This document shows positions 8,972 to 19,351 of a stretch of 64,000 nt of DNA, piece by piece. Numbering within the stretch: position 1 is the stretch's first letter; the number at the start of each line of letters is the position of its first letter. The stretch is from Nitrospirota bacterium. GTDB taxonomy: Bacteria > Nitrospirota > UBA9217. Position numbers and translations under genes: made by a program. The stretch covers positions 96,001 through 160,000 of the forward strand of contig CAVVOB010000018.1 of assembly GCA_963749655.1 (NCBI GenBank). Reading direction: 5' to 3'. The notes beneath the pieces are model-generated. The model was not told where the DNA came from, made no database searches, and was given only the letters and a program-made list of their open reading frames with translations.

Positions 8972-11506
8972 ATGATTACGATTTTTATCGACAATAAGCA
9001 GTATCAAGTGAAGGAAGGCCGGAACCTCCTTCAAACCTGCTTGTCCCTGGGGTTCGACCTGCCCTACTTCTGCTGGCACCCTGCCATGCATTCCGTGGGC
9101 GCGTGCCGTCAGTGCGCGGTCAAGGTATTCAAGGACGAGAAGGACACCCGCGGCAGGATCATGATGTCCTGCATGACGCCGGCAACGGAGGGGATGCGTT
9201 TGTCTATCGATGATGCGGACGCAAAGGCCTTCCGCAGAAGCGTGGTCGAATGGCTTATGCTCAACCATCCCCATGACTGCCCGGTCTGCGACGAAGGCGG
9301 CGAGTGCCACCTCCAGGACATGACGGTCATGACCGGCCATACGTACCGCAGGACGCGGTTCAAGAAACGCACCCACCGCAACCAGGACCTGGGGCCTTTC
9401 ATCAATCATGAAATGAACCGCTGCATCCAGTGCTACCGCTGCGTCCGGTTCTACCGGGACTATGCGGGGGGAAAGGACTTTGACGTCTTTGCGGCCCACG
9501 ACAGCGTCTATTTCGGACGACACGAGGACGGCACGCTCGAAAACGAGTTCAGCGGCAACCTCGTCGAGGTCTGCCCCACCGGCGTATTTACGGACAAAAC
9601 GCTGAAACATCATTACACCCGCAAGTGGGACCTTCAGACAGCTCCGTCAATCTGCGTTCACTGCGGTCTCGGCTGCAACACCATCCCCGGTGAGCGCTAT
9701 GGAGCGCTCAGGAGAATATTGAATCGCTACAACCATGAGGTGAACGGATACTTTCTCTGCGACCGCGGCCGGTTCGGCTACGAGTTCGTGAACAGCGGGA
9801 AGAGGATCAGAAAGGCACTCTTCAATTCCCCCTCTCCCCGTGCGGGAGAGGGCCGGGGTGAGGGGGGACCGAAGCCTGCGGACAAGACAGAAGCGCTCAA
9901 ACAGATTGTCGATATACTCTCCACCAGCAACGGCATAATCGGCATCGGATCACCCCGCGCCTCCCTGGAATCGAACTTTGCGCTTCGAACGCTGGTCGGT
10001 CCCGAGAACTTTTACGCAGGGATGTCCACAGAGGATCAAAGGCTGGTCTCGCTCATCATTGACATTCTGAGGAACGGTCCGGCATATACGCCGTCGCTGC
10101 ATGACGTAGAAATGGCCGATGCAGTCCTTGTACTCGGAGAGGACGTGACGAACACGGCGCCCCTTCTCGACCTGGCTCTGCGCCGCTCGGTGCGTAATCA
10201 GCCGGTAGATGCAGTGGAAAAGAAGCGGATACCGCGATGGGACGATAACGCGGTCCGGAACATGATCCAGGACGAAAGAGGCCCGCTCTATATTGCCGCT
10301 GCAGGAGAGACCAGGCTGGACAATGCTGCTGCAAAGACCTATCACGCGGCACCTGACGCTCTGGCAAGACTCGGATTTGCTGTCGCACACGAGTTGAGTC
10401 CTGATGCACCTGCTGTTGAAGATCTTTCCGTTGACACAGCCTTTCTTGCGCGGGAGATTGCCCAGGCGCTTAAAAACGCCCAGCACCCGGTCGTCATCTC
10501 CGGTACCAGCCTCGGCAATGAGTCCTTGATAAAGGCTGCTGCAAATGTGGCCTGGGCTTTATGCCAAAGCGGGAAGCCGGCGGGGCTTTTCTATACCGTG
10601 CCCGAGTGCAACAGCTTGGGGATGGGGCTCATGGGCGGGAAGGGCCTCGATCAAGCGTTCAAGGCTGTCCACGAAGGCAAAGCAGCTACCGTAATTATTC
10701 TGGAGAATGACCTTTATCGCAGGGCCGATGAGAAGTCTGTTAATGATTTTCTGAGCACAGCGCGCTGCGTGATCGCTCTCGACCATCTGATAAATCCGAC
10801 CTCCTCGAAGGCGCAGATCACTCTCCCGGCAGCCACCTTTGCCGAGGCAGACGGCACGCTCGTGAACAACGAGGGAAGGGCCCAACGATTTTATCAAGTG
10901 TTTACGCCCAATCTTGACATCCAGGATAGCTGGAAATGGCTTCGTGATATACTCCCAGCATCGGACCGGAAAGAAGCCGGTGAGTGGTTGTCATTCGACG
11001 ATATCGGGAAAGACCTGGCGGCGTCGCTCGACATTTTCAAGCTCCTGCCGGACCTGGCTCCCCCTGCCGACTTCCGCGTTGCCGGGGCGAAGATCCCCCG
11101 ACAGCCCCATCGCTACAGCGGCAGAACAGCGATGCTCGCGAACATCAGCGTCCACGAACCCAAGCCCGTTGACGACCCGGACACGCCCCTTTCCTTCTCA
11201 ATGGAAGGCTACGAAGGGAAGCCTCCTGCAGCGCTTATCTCGCGCTACTGGTCGCCGCGATGGAACTCGGTCTCGGCGTTGAACAAGTTCCAGCAGGAAG
11301 TGGGCGGTCCGCTTAAAGGGGGAGATCCGGGAAAGAGATTGATAGAACCGATACGCGACGGGAAGCAGGCGTATTTTACCGACGTTCCATCGAAAGCGAT
11401 GCCGGGGCAACAGGAAGCTCCGCAATATGATATTTTCAGATCAGAGGAATTAAGCGCTCAGGCTCCGGCAATAATCGAGCGGGCGAGAACGAGAAAGCGA
11501 CAATAA
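8972..11506 (+). CDS. nuoG: NADH-quinone oxidoreductase subunit G
   Basis: 'FCWHP..ACRQC', 'NHPHDCPVCDEGGEC', 'CIQCYRC', N7-type 'CVHCGLGC'. Confidence 0.96.
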   Translation: MITIFIDNKQYQVKEGRNLLQTCLSLGFDLPYFCWHPAMHSVGACRQCAVKVFKDEKDTRGRIMMSCMTPATEGMRLSIDDADAKAFRRSVVEWLMLNHPHDCPVCDEGGECHLQDMTVMTGHTYRRTRFKKRTHRNQDLGPFINHEMNRCIQCYRCVRFYRDYAGGKDFDVFAAHDSVYFGRHEDGTLENEFSGNLVEVCPTGVFTDKTLKHHYTRKWDLQTAPSICVHCGLGCNTIPGERYGALRRILNRYNHEVNGYFLCDRGRFGYEFVNSGKRIRKALFNSPSPRAGEGRGEGGPKPADKTEALKQIVDILSTSNGIIGIGSPRASLESNFALRTLVGPENFYAGMSTEDQRLVSLIIDILRNGPAYTPSLHDVEMADAVLVLGEDVTNTAPLLDLALRRSVRNQPVDAVEKKRIPRWDDNAVRNMIQDERGPLYIAAAGETRLDNAAAKTYHAAPDALARLGFAVAHELSPDAPAVEDLSVDTAFLAREIAQALKNAQHPVVISGTSLGNESLIKAAANVAWALCQSGKPAGLFYTVPECNSLGMGLMGGKGLDQAFKAVHEGKAATVIILENDLYRRADEKSVNDFLSTARCVIALDHLINPTSSKAQITLPAATFAEADGTLVNNEGRAQRFYQVFTPNLDIQDSWKWLRDILPASDRKEAGEWLSFDDIGKDLAASLDIFKLLPDLAPPADFRVAGAKIPRQPHRYSGRTAMLANISVHEPKPVDDPDTPLSFSMEGYEGKPPAALISRYWSPRWNSVSALNKFQQEVGGPLKGGDPGKRLIEPIRDGKQAYFTDVPSKAMPGQQEAPQYDIFRSEELSAQAPAIIERARTRKRQ
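9826..9867. repeat. REP-like CCCTCTCCC/GGGAGAGGG palindrome inside nuoG (in frame)
   Basis: CCCTCTCCC-cgtgc-GGGAGAGGG followed by CCGGGGTGAGGGGGG; translated as SPSPRAGEGRGEGG. Confidence 0.7.
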
Positions 11507-11514
11507 ACGGGGTG

Positions 11515-11615
11515 CGTCATTCCTGCGAAAGCAGGAATCCAGGGTCTTCAGGAAGAGTCGCTGGATTCCCCCTGCCTCAAGCATGCAGGGGCAGGCTTGC
11601 AAGCCCGGAATGACG
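11515..11615. repeat. GTCATTCC...GGAATGAC palindromic element (nuoG-nuoH)
   Basis: Terminal IR CGTCATTCC/GGAATGACG with internal hairpins; left arm identical to the copy at 12695. Confidence 0.85.
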
Positions 11616-11697
11616 GCATTGGCTACGGCAGTTTGAACAGGTTAACTTTTTCGTATCATGGCGTCAACGTCTTAGCGGCAACAAATATAAATCATTA

Positions 11698-12663
11698 ATG
11701 ATAGACATGCCAGTCATTCAAAAACTTGCCATCCTCTTCGGCATTCTTTTCGTGGTGCTCACGATCGGCGGAATGCTGATCTGGCTCGAGCGTCGCCTGC
11801 TCGGCCTATGGCAGGACCGCTACGGACCGAACCGCGTCGGTCCCTTCGGCCTCCTGCAGGTGCTGGCGGATATGATCAAAGTGTTCACCAAGGAGGACTG
11901 GATCCCGCCTTTCGCAGACAAGGCGGTCTTCATCATCGCGCCTGCCGTGATCGTCGTGGTCGTGCTCATGTCCTTTGCCATCATCCCCTTCGCGCCGGGG
12001 ATCGAAATCGTGGACCTGAACATTGGGCTCCTATTCTTTCTTGCCATGTCTTCCCTGGGAGTATACAGTGTCGCCCTGGCAGGCTGGGCGTCGAGCAGCA
12101 AGTATTCGCTCCTCGGCGGGCTCCGCGCCTCGGCCCAGATGCTTGCATACGAGGTCTTCATGGGCCTGTCGCTCATGGGAGTGGTGATGCTCGCGGGGTC
12201 GTTCAATCTTCGCGAGATCGTCGAGGCCCAGCGCCATCTGTGGTTCGTCGTGCCCCAGTTCATCGGGTTCGTGATTTTCTTCATCGCCGGAATCGCTGAA
12301 ACCCACCGCCTCCCCTTTGACCTGCCCGAGGCGGAGAGCGAGCTCGTGGCCGGCTATCATTCGGAATACTCGGGCATGAAGTTCGGCATGTTCTTCGTGG
12401 GCGAGTATCTCGGGATCACGCTCATCTCGGCGCTCACGACGGCCCTGTTCTTCGGCGGGTGGCTGGGCCCCTGGCTTCCGCCCGTGGTCTGGTTTATGAT
12501 CAAGACGTTTTTTTTCATCTGCTTTTTCATCCTGCTCCGGGCTGCGCTCCCCCGGCCGCGGTATGATCAGCTCATGGCTTTTGGATGGAAAGTGATGCTG
12601 CCCTTGTCGCTGGCAAATCTGCTCGTGACGGGGGCGGTTGTTTTGATAAAAGCAAACCAATAA
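11698..12663 (+). CDS. nuoH: NADH-quinone oxidoreductase subunit H
   Basis: '[17 protein letters not shown]', '[20 protein letters not shown]', 'PRPRYDQL'. Confidence 0.97.
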   Translation: MIDMPVIQKLAILFGILFVVLTIGGMLIWLERRLLGLWQDRYGPNRVGPFGLLQVLADMIKVFTKEDWIPPFADKAVFIIAPAVIVVVVLMSFAIIPFAPGIEIVDLNIGLLFFLAMSSLGVYSVALAGWASSSKYSLLGGLRASAQMLAYEVFMGLSLMGVVMLAGSFNLREIVEAQRHLWFVVPQFIGFVIFFIAGIAETHRLPFDLPEAESELVAGYHSEYSGMKFGMFFVGEYLGITLISALTTALFFGGWLGPWLPPVVWFMIKTFFFICFFILLRAALPRPRYDQLMAFGWKVMLPLSLANLLVTGAVVLIKANQ

Positions 12664-12694
12664 ACCGGGGTCGGTACACGGGTTTTCACTATGG

Positions 12695-12782
12695 CGTCAT
12701 TCCTGCGAAAGCAGGAATCCAGGGATTTTCAGTTTGAAGAAAAGACTAAGCCGCTGGATTCCGGGTCAAGCCCGGAATGACG
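12695..12782. repeat. Second GTCATTCC...GGAATGAC element (nuoH-nuoI)
   Basis: CGTCATTCCTGCGAAAGCAGGAATCCAGGG ... CTGGATTCCGGGTCAAGCCCGGAATGACG. Confidence 0.85.
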
Positions 12783-12801
12783 AATAAAGGATAAAAATGT
12801 A

Positions 12802-13317
12802 ATGTTCAGCCTTCTTAAAACAATCTGGACGGTCTTCATGACCATGTTCCGCAAACGGGCGACGATCCTGTACCCCGAAGAGCGGCCCTACATCCCTCCC
12901 CGGTGGCGCGGCAGGATCATACTCTCGCGCGACCCCGATGGAGAGGAACGCTGCGTTGCCTGCTACCTCTGCGCCGTCGCCTGCCCCGTGGACTGTATTT
13001 CGCTCCAGGCGACCGAGGACGCGCACGGAAGGCGATCTCCCGAATTTTTCAGGATCAATTTTTCACGATGTATTTTCTGCGGCTATTGCGAAGAAGCATG
13101 CCCGACCTATGCGATCCAGTTGACGACTGATTTCGAAATGAGTGAATACAAACGGCAGAACCTTGTCTACGAAAAGGAAGACCTGCTCATCAGCGGGCCG
13201 GGCAAATACCATGACTACAATTTCTACCGCGAAGCGGGACTGTCGATCAAAGGCAAGGACAAGGGCGAAGCAAAGAACGAAGAAAAACCGGTGGACGTGA
13301 AGGACTTAATGCCATAA
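12802..13317 (+). CDS. nuoI: NADH-quinone oxidoreductase subunit I
   Basis: Two CxxCxxCxxxCP motifs; 'YPEE'. Confidence 0.97.
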   Translation: MFSLLKTIWTVFMTMFRKRATILYPEERPYIPPRWRGRIILSRDPDGEERCVACYLCAVACPVDCISLQATEDAHGRRSPEFFRINFSRCIFCGYCEEACPTYAIQLTTDFEMSEYKRQNLVYEKEDLLISGPGKYHDYNFYREAGLSIKGKDKGEAKNEEKPVDVKDLMP

Positions 13318-13325
13318 ACAATTTT

Positions 13326-13387
13326 GACAGGATAACAGGATCGGCGGTAAGAAAATTTCACCCGATCTTTATCCCGTTATCCAATCC
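13326..13387. repeat. GACAGGAT-type palindromic element (nuoI-nuoJ)
   Basis: GACAGGATAACAGGAT ... ATCCCGTTATCC. Confidence 0.65.
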
Positions 13388-13396
13388 AAACTCTTT

Positions 13397-13891
13397 ATGA
13401 ATTTACTTTTTTATATATCAGCAGTTGTCGCCGCGGTCTCGACCTTCATGGTTATAACCAGAAAGAGCGCTGTCCATGCTCTTCTGTACCTGATCGTGTC
13501 GCTTCTTGCCGTGGCGCTCATATTCTTTGCCCTCGGCGCGCCCTTTGTTGCCGCCCTGGAGGTCATCATTTACGCAGGGGCCATCATGGTGCTTTTCGTA
13601 TTCGTGATCATGATGCTGAACCTCGGCTCGCAGGCTGCGGAGCAGGAATCGCTCTGGCTTTCGCCGGGAATCTGGAGCGGCCCGTCCCTGCTCGCCTCAG
13701 TTCTCGCCGGGGAGCTCCTGTACGCCTTCACAGCAGGACAGGCTAGGACTGTCACGGCCGGGCTGATCGGTCCCAAGCAGGTCGGCATTGCCCTCTTCGG
13801 CCCTTATGTAGTCGGCGTGGAGCTGGCGTCGATGCTGCTTTTGGCAGGTTTGATCGGGGCCTATCACCTCGGCAGGCCGCACAAGCACTGA
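13397..13891 (+). CDS. nuoJ: NADH-quinone oxidoreductase subunit J
   Basis: 'LEVIIYAGAIMVLFVFVIMMLN'. Confidence 0.96.
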   Translation: MNLLFYISAVVAAVSTFMVITRKSAVHALLYLIVSLLAVALIFFALGAPFVAALEVIIYAGAIMVLFVFVIMMLNLGSQAAEQESLWLSPGIWSGPSLLASVLAGELLYAFTAGQARTVTAGLIGPKQVGIALFGPYVVGVELASMLLLAGLIGAYHLGRPHKH

Positions 13892-13904
13892 AAGATATTT
13901 ATTC

Positions 13905-13968
13905 GACAGGATAACAGGAGCGACAGGATTTTAAAGATTCTATCAGATCCTTATCCCGTTATCCTGTC
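13905..13968. repeat. GACAGGAT-type palindromic element (nuoJ-nuoK)
   Basis: GACAGGATAACAGGAG.GACAGGAT ... ATCC.TATCCCGTTATCCTGTC. Confidence 0.75.
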
Positions 13969-13977
13969 CAAAAGGAG

Positions 13978-14295
13978 TTGCCTTTGATCTCAAACATCCC
14001 CATGGAACACGGCCTCATCCTCGCCGCCATTCTCTTCGCGCTCGGGCTTGTCGGCGTTCTTGTGCGGCGGAACATCGTCTTCATGCTCATGTCCATCGAG
14101 ATCATGCTGAACGCCGTGGGCCTGGCCTTCGTAGTCGCCGGAGCGCGGTGGGGCCAGGTTGACGGCCAGGTGATGTTCATTTTCATCCTCACGATGGCGG
14201 CTGCCGAGGTTTCCGTGGGGCTGGCTCTCGTTCTGCAGATGTATCACAGCTTCAAAACGCTCGATGCCGACGCAGCGAGCAGGATGAAAGGATAA
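13978..14295 (+). CDS. nuoK: NADH-quinone oxidoreductase subunit K
   Basis: '[15 protein letters not shown]', '[10 protein letters not shown]'; TTG start after AAGGAG, or downstream ATG at 14002. Confidence 0.95.
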   Translation: MPLISNIPMEHGLILAAILFALGLVGVLVRRNIVFMLMSIEIMLNAVGLAFVVAGARWGQVDGQVMFIFILTMAAAEVSVGLALVLQMYHSFKTLDADAASRMKG

Positions 14296-14330
14296 CTTGG
14301 CCATCAACTCGAAACTCGAAATTTAGAACT

Positions 14331-16227
14331 ATGAACGCCTTTCTTTTTTTAATACCCGCTCTCCCCTTTGCCGGATTTATCATCCTGGCGCTCGCGGGCC
14401 GTCGCTTATCTAAACCCACGACGGCTGTCATCGGCGCAGGCTCCGTGGGGCTGTCCGCTCTTCTCGCGGTCCTGACCGCCATACAATTCGTGGTCTCGCC
14501 TCCGCAGGGCCGGGCTATCACCCAGACGCTCTGGACGTGGATGCAGTTCGACGGCTATGAACCGGCGATTGCCCTCGTGCTCGATCCGCTCTCGCTCATC
14601 ATGGTGCTCGTCGTGACTATCGTGGGCTTCCTGATCCACATCTATTCCGCGGAGCATATGGAACATGAGGAAGGCTACAGCCGTTTCTTTGCCTACATGA
14701 ATCTTTTCGTAGGCGCCATGCTGACGCTGGTGCTTGCCGACAATCTGTTGTTCCTCTATCTCGGGTGGGAAGGCGTCGGCCTCTGCAGCTACCTTCTGAT
14801 CGGTTTCTGGTACAAGGACCCGCTGAACGGACAGGCGGCGCGCAAAGCCTTCATCGTCACGCGCATCGGCGATACGGCCATGGCCCTCGGTCTTTTTCTG
14901 CTGTTTACGAGCTTCAACACGCTCAATATCCAGGAGCTTATGCAGGCTGTATCGAAGCAGTGGCCTGCGGGCTCATCGACTGCAATTCTCGCGGCAGCGC
15001 TCCTGCTCGGCGGCGCCGTGGGCAAGTCCGCCCAGCTTCCGCTTCAGACCTGGTTGCCTGATGCCATGGCGGGCCCCACGCCCGTGAGCGCACTGATCCA
15101 CGCGGCGACCATGGTAACCGCCGGCGTCTACCTCATCGCCCGGACCCACGTGCTCTTTGCCCTCGCCCCTGCAGTGCAGACCGCGGTGGCTGTTATCGGA
15201 GCGCTGACCCTGCTCCTGGCCGGGTTCAGCGCGCTCACGCAGAAGGATATCAAGCGCGTTCTCGCCTATTCGACGATCAGCCAGATCGGCTACATGTTCC
15301 TGGCCCTGGGCGTAGGCGCCTGGTCAGCGGCCCTGTTCCATTTCATGACCCATGCCTTCTTCAAGGCCCTCCTGTTCCTCGCCGCCGGCGTCGTGATCAT
15401 GGCCCAGCACGAGGAGCATGATATGTTCAAGATGGGAGGCCTCCGCACCAGGCTCCCGATCACGTTCTGGACTTTCCTGATCGGCGCCTGCTCGCTCTCG
15501 GCCCTGCCGCTCGTGACCGCGGGCTTTTACAGCAAGGACCTGATCCTCTGGCAGGCATGGTCCTCTCCCACCGGAGGCGCCTGGCTCTGGCTCGCCGGAC
15601 TCATAGGCGCTTTCATCACATCGATCTATACCTTCCGCATGGTATTTCTCACGTTCTTTGGTGAGGCGAAAATGGAGCTTAGCTGGAAACCCGGTGCACG
15701 AACTGTCGTTCCGCTCGCGATTCTCGCGTTCTTCTCGGTGATCGGCGGTTTCGTCGATCTGCCGGAGAATCTGGGAAACCTGCCGCTCCTCTCGGACTTC
15801 CTGCAGCCGGTCTTTCATGAGAGCCTTGCAGGATCGGGTACGAAAGGAAATGAAACCCTTTTTCAGGCAATCTCCGGGCTGGTATCGCTGGCGGGAATTT
15901 TTATCGCTTTTATGATTTACGTACGGAGACCGCATTATGCCGACGAAGTCGTTCGAAACTCTGCGGCATCGGCGCTCCACCGTTTCTGGTTCTCGGGCTG
16001 GGGTTTCGACCGTTTGTATGACGCGCTTTTCGTACGGCCTTTCCTCTGGCTGGCGCAGGTAAACAGGAACGATTTCATCGATTCGGTTTATACGGCGAAT
16101 CGCCGGGATCAACCGGGCGGCCAACAGGGTATTAAGCTTGTCACAGACAGGAAGCATCCGCTGGTATGCAATGGGCATGGGGATCGGAGCAGTGGTAATT
16201 TTGGGAATTATCGTGGCCTTTCGTTAG
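14331..16227 (+). CDS. nuoL: NADH-quinone oxidoreductase subunit L (frameshift near 16100)
   Basis: 'GWEGVGLCSYLLIGFW', 'GKSAQLPLQTWLPDAMAGPTPVSALIHAATMV'; the C-terminus 'QTGSIRWYA..VAFR*' is in a shifted frame ending TAG 16225-27. Confidence 0.93.
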
Positions 16228-16259
16228 GAAGTAGCACCTCCATTCGGGGGGAACTCAAG

Positions 16260-16322
16260 CGCACCCTAAAGGGTGCGGCTACCTTAAAAGGACCTTTTTG
16301 TAGCCGCAGGCTTTAGCCTGCG
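16260..16322. repeat. Pair of GTAG-type REP palindromes (REPIN-like) between nuoL and nuoM
   Basis: GTAGCCGCACCCTTTAGGGTGCG (minus, 16260-16282) and GTAGCCGCAGGCTTTAGCCTGCG (plus, 16300-16322). Confidence 0.8.
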
Positions 16323-16342
16323 CAAGCAGGAAATAATAAAAT

Positions 16343-17870
16343 ATGATCCTTCTTTGGTTCATCATCATACCGCTCCTCGGCGGACTGGGGGCCTGGGTTT
16401 TCGGCAGGAAGAGCGCTTTGGCAGCGCGCTGGATATCGCTCGCGGCCCTCGCCCTCGACAGCGTGCTGCTGGCCCTGTTCTGGTCCGGTTCCTCGTCTCG
16501 GATCGCGATCAGCTACGGCACCTGGCTCCTGGAGCTCCAGAGGCCCTGGATACCGCAGCTCGGCATCAGCCTCCATCTGGCCGTGGACGGCCTGAGCCTG
16601 CTGCTGGTCGCGCTCACCTTGTTTCTCGGCGTCATCTCCGTGGTCTGCTCCTGGACCGAGATCCGCGAGCGCGTGGGGTTCTTTCATTTCAATCTGATGG
16701 CGATCCTCGGCGGCATTCTGGGAGTGTTCCTGTCCCTGGACCTGTTCCTGTTTTATTTCTTCTGGGAGCTGATGCTCGTGCCCATGTATTTCCTGATCAG
16801 CATCTGGGGCCACGAGAACCGGACCTATGCCTCGCTCAAGTTCTTCATCTTCACCCAGGCAGGCGGCCTCCTCATGCTGCTTTCTATTCTCGGCCTGTAC
16901 TTCATCCACGGCCGGGCACACGGCTTCTACACCTTCGACTATGTCCTGCTTCTCGGAACACAGCTCGCGCCCGGGACTGCCCTCTGGCTCATGCTCGGGT
17001 TCTTCATCGCCTTTCTCGTAAAGCTGCCGGCCATGCCCTTCCACCCCTGGCTCCCGGACGCCCATACCGAAGCTCCCACCGCCGGAAGCGTTATTCTCGC
17101 GGGCCTGCTCTTGAAGACCGGTGCCTACGGTCTCCTGCGCTTCGTCCTGCCGCTCTTTCCCGATGCGGTCATGGCTGTCACTCCACTGGTCATGACCATG
17201 GCCGTCGCAGGCATTATCTACGGCGCTGTGCTCGCCTTTGCCCAGACCGACCTCAAGCGGCTCGTGGCCTACACCAGCGTGAGCCATATGGGCTTCGTGC
17301 TGCTCGGCATTTTCGCCTGGAACCAGACAGCGCAGCAGGGTGCGGTTATGCAGATGCTGGCCCACGGCGTGAGCACCGGCGCCCTGTTCATCGTCGTCGG
17401 CATGATCCAGGAGCGCATTCATACCCGCGATCTGGACCGCATGGGAGGTTTCTGGACCGCTGCCCCGCGCCTGAGCGGAGTCGCCCTCGTCTTCGGACTC
17501 GCATCGCTCGGTTTGCCTGGATTCGGAAATTTCGTGGCCGAGTTCATGGTGCTCCTCGGCACGTTCCGGGTAAACGTCTTTGCCGCTGTCTATCGCGGCC
17601 CTGGGGCTCGTATTCGCTGCTGTCTATTCCCTCTGGATGATCCAGCGCGCTTTTCACGGCGAGCAGAAGGGACCATCCGGCATGGCCGACCTTTCCCTCC
17701 GTGAAGCAGGTATGATGGCGGTGCTGATCATCGCGATCTTCTGGCTCGGTCTTTTCCCCAAGCCGATATTGAACACCTCCGGCCCTGTTTTGAACACGCT
17801 CCAGTGCTGCTCCCCGACATCGCATCAGTCAACGGATGCCGGGGAAAAGACATCGTTGCAGGTCCGATGA
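16343..17870 (+). CDS. nuoM: NADH-quinone oxidoreductase subunit M (frameshift near 17590)
   Basis: 'FYFFWELMLVPMY', 'PFHPWLPDAHTEAPTAGSVILAG.LLK.G', 'YTSVSHMG'; C-terminus in ORF 17580-17870. Confidence 0.93.
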
Positions 17871-17885
17871 GAGAGGAGGCGCAAA

Positions 17886-19351
17886 GTGACGAGCACGGAG
17901 CTCACTGCCATCCTTCCGCTTATCATCATTGCTGCTGCGTCAGTGGCGGTCATGGTTGTCATAGCCATTTACCGAAGCCACCTTCTCACGGTCCTGATCA
18001 CGCTCGCAGGGCTTGCGCTGGCAGCCGCATCGCTTCCGACAATATCGTTACTGGCGCCTCGTCCGGTCACCCAGCTTCTCATGATCGACTGGTATGCGCT
18101 CTTCTACATGGGCCTGATATTTCTCGCAGCCTTCGCTGTGGCTGCAATCTCCTACTCTTATTTGGAAAAGCATGCCGGCCATCGTGAAGAGTTCTACCTG
18201 CTCCTGCTCCTGGCTACACTGGGAACCGCCGTGCTCGTTGCGAGCACCCACTTTGCCGCGCTCTTCCTCGGGATCGAAACCCTGAGCGTGTCGCTCTATG
18301 CTTTGGCCGCCTATCTCAGGCACAGCGACCGCGGCATCGAGGCCGGCGTCAAGTACCTGATCCTTGCCGCCGTCTCCTCCGCCTTCATGCTCTTCGGCAT
18401 GGCACTCGTGTACGCGGAGACCGGAAGCATGGAATTTGGACAGATCGCCTCACGGCCGGCAGCGGGCGTCACCGGTCTGCCTTTCACGGTCGGGATGGGA
18501 CTGATCATCGTGGGGCTGGGTTTCAAACTCGCCGTAGTGCCTTTCCACCTCTGGACGCCTGATGTGTACGAAGGCGCGCCGGCGCCGGTCACGGCCTTTA
18601 TCGCCACGGTATCCAAGGGCGCCGTGTTCGCGCTCATCATGCGTTTCTTTTCCAGCATCGACATCCATGCCGACCAATCGCTCTTTATGATCTTCGCGCT
18701 CATAGCAGCGGCCTCCATGTTCACGGGCAATCTGCTGGCCCTGTTCCAGAACAACGTCAAACGCATTCTGGCCTACTCTTCGATATCCCATCTCGGCTAC
18801 CTGCTCGTCACCCTGCTGGCAGGCGGCCCTGTCGCCGCAGGCGCCGCGGCCTTTTATCTCGTTGCTTACTTCATCACGACCCTCGGCGCTTTCGGCGTCG
18901 TGACCGTGCTCTCCGGCAGCGAGCGCGACGCTGACCTCATGGAGGACTACGCGGGCCTGGCCTGGCGCAGTCCCTGGACTTGCAGGCGTGTTCACGCGCC
19001 ATGCTGTTCTCGCTGGCCGGCATCCCGCTGACCGCCGGATTCGTGGGGAAATTTTACGTCGTTGCCGCCGGCGCAGACTCAGCGCTCTGGCTTCTGCTCG
19101 TCGTCCTCGTGATCAACAGCGTCATCGGACTGTTCTACTATCTGCGCATCATCGTGACGCTCTTCGGCCGACCTGACCGGGAAACCCTTGCCGAACCCGC
19201 GCTCTCCCGGTCAGGCAGTGCGGTACTTGCCGCACTCACGCTTCTCCTTGTCTGGGTTGGCGTGTATCCGGGGCCGGTGATTCAATTGATACAGAAAATG
19301 GCGCACAGTCTGACATATAATCATCTCATCCGTAGCCGGAGGTCCTCATGA
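17886..19351 (+). CDS. nuoN: NADH-quinone oxidoreductase subunit N (frameshift near 18985)
   Basis: 'EAGVKY', 'FKLAVVPFHLWTPDVYEGAP', 'KRILAYSSISH', 'SLAGIPLTAGFVGK'. Confidence 0.93.

Noticed and set aside
16260-16322. Autonomous mobile element (RAYT or IS)
   Set aside because: Only the REP pair is present; no transposase or reverse transcriptase gene is in the window.
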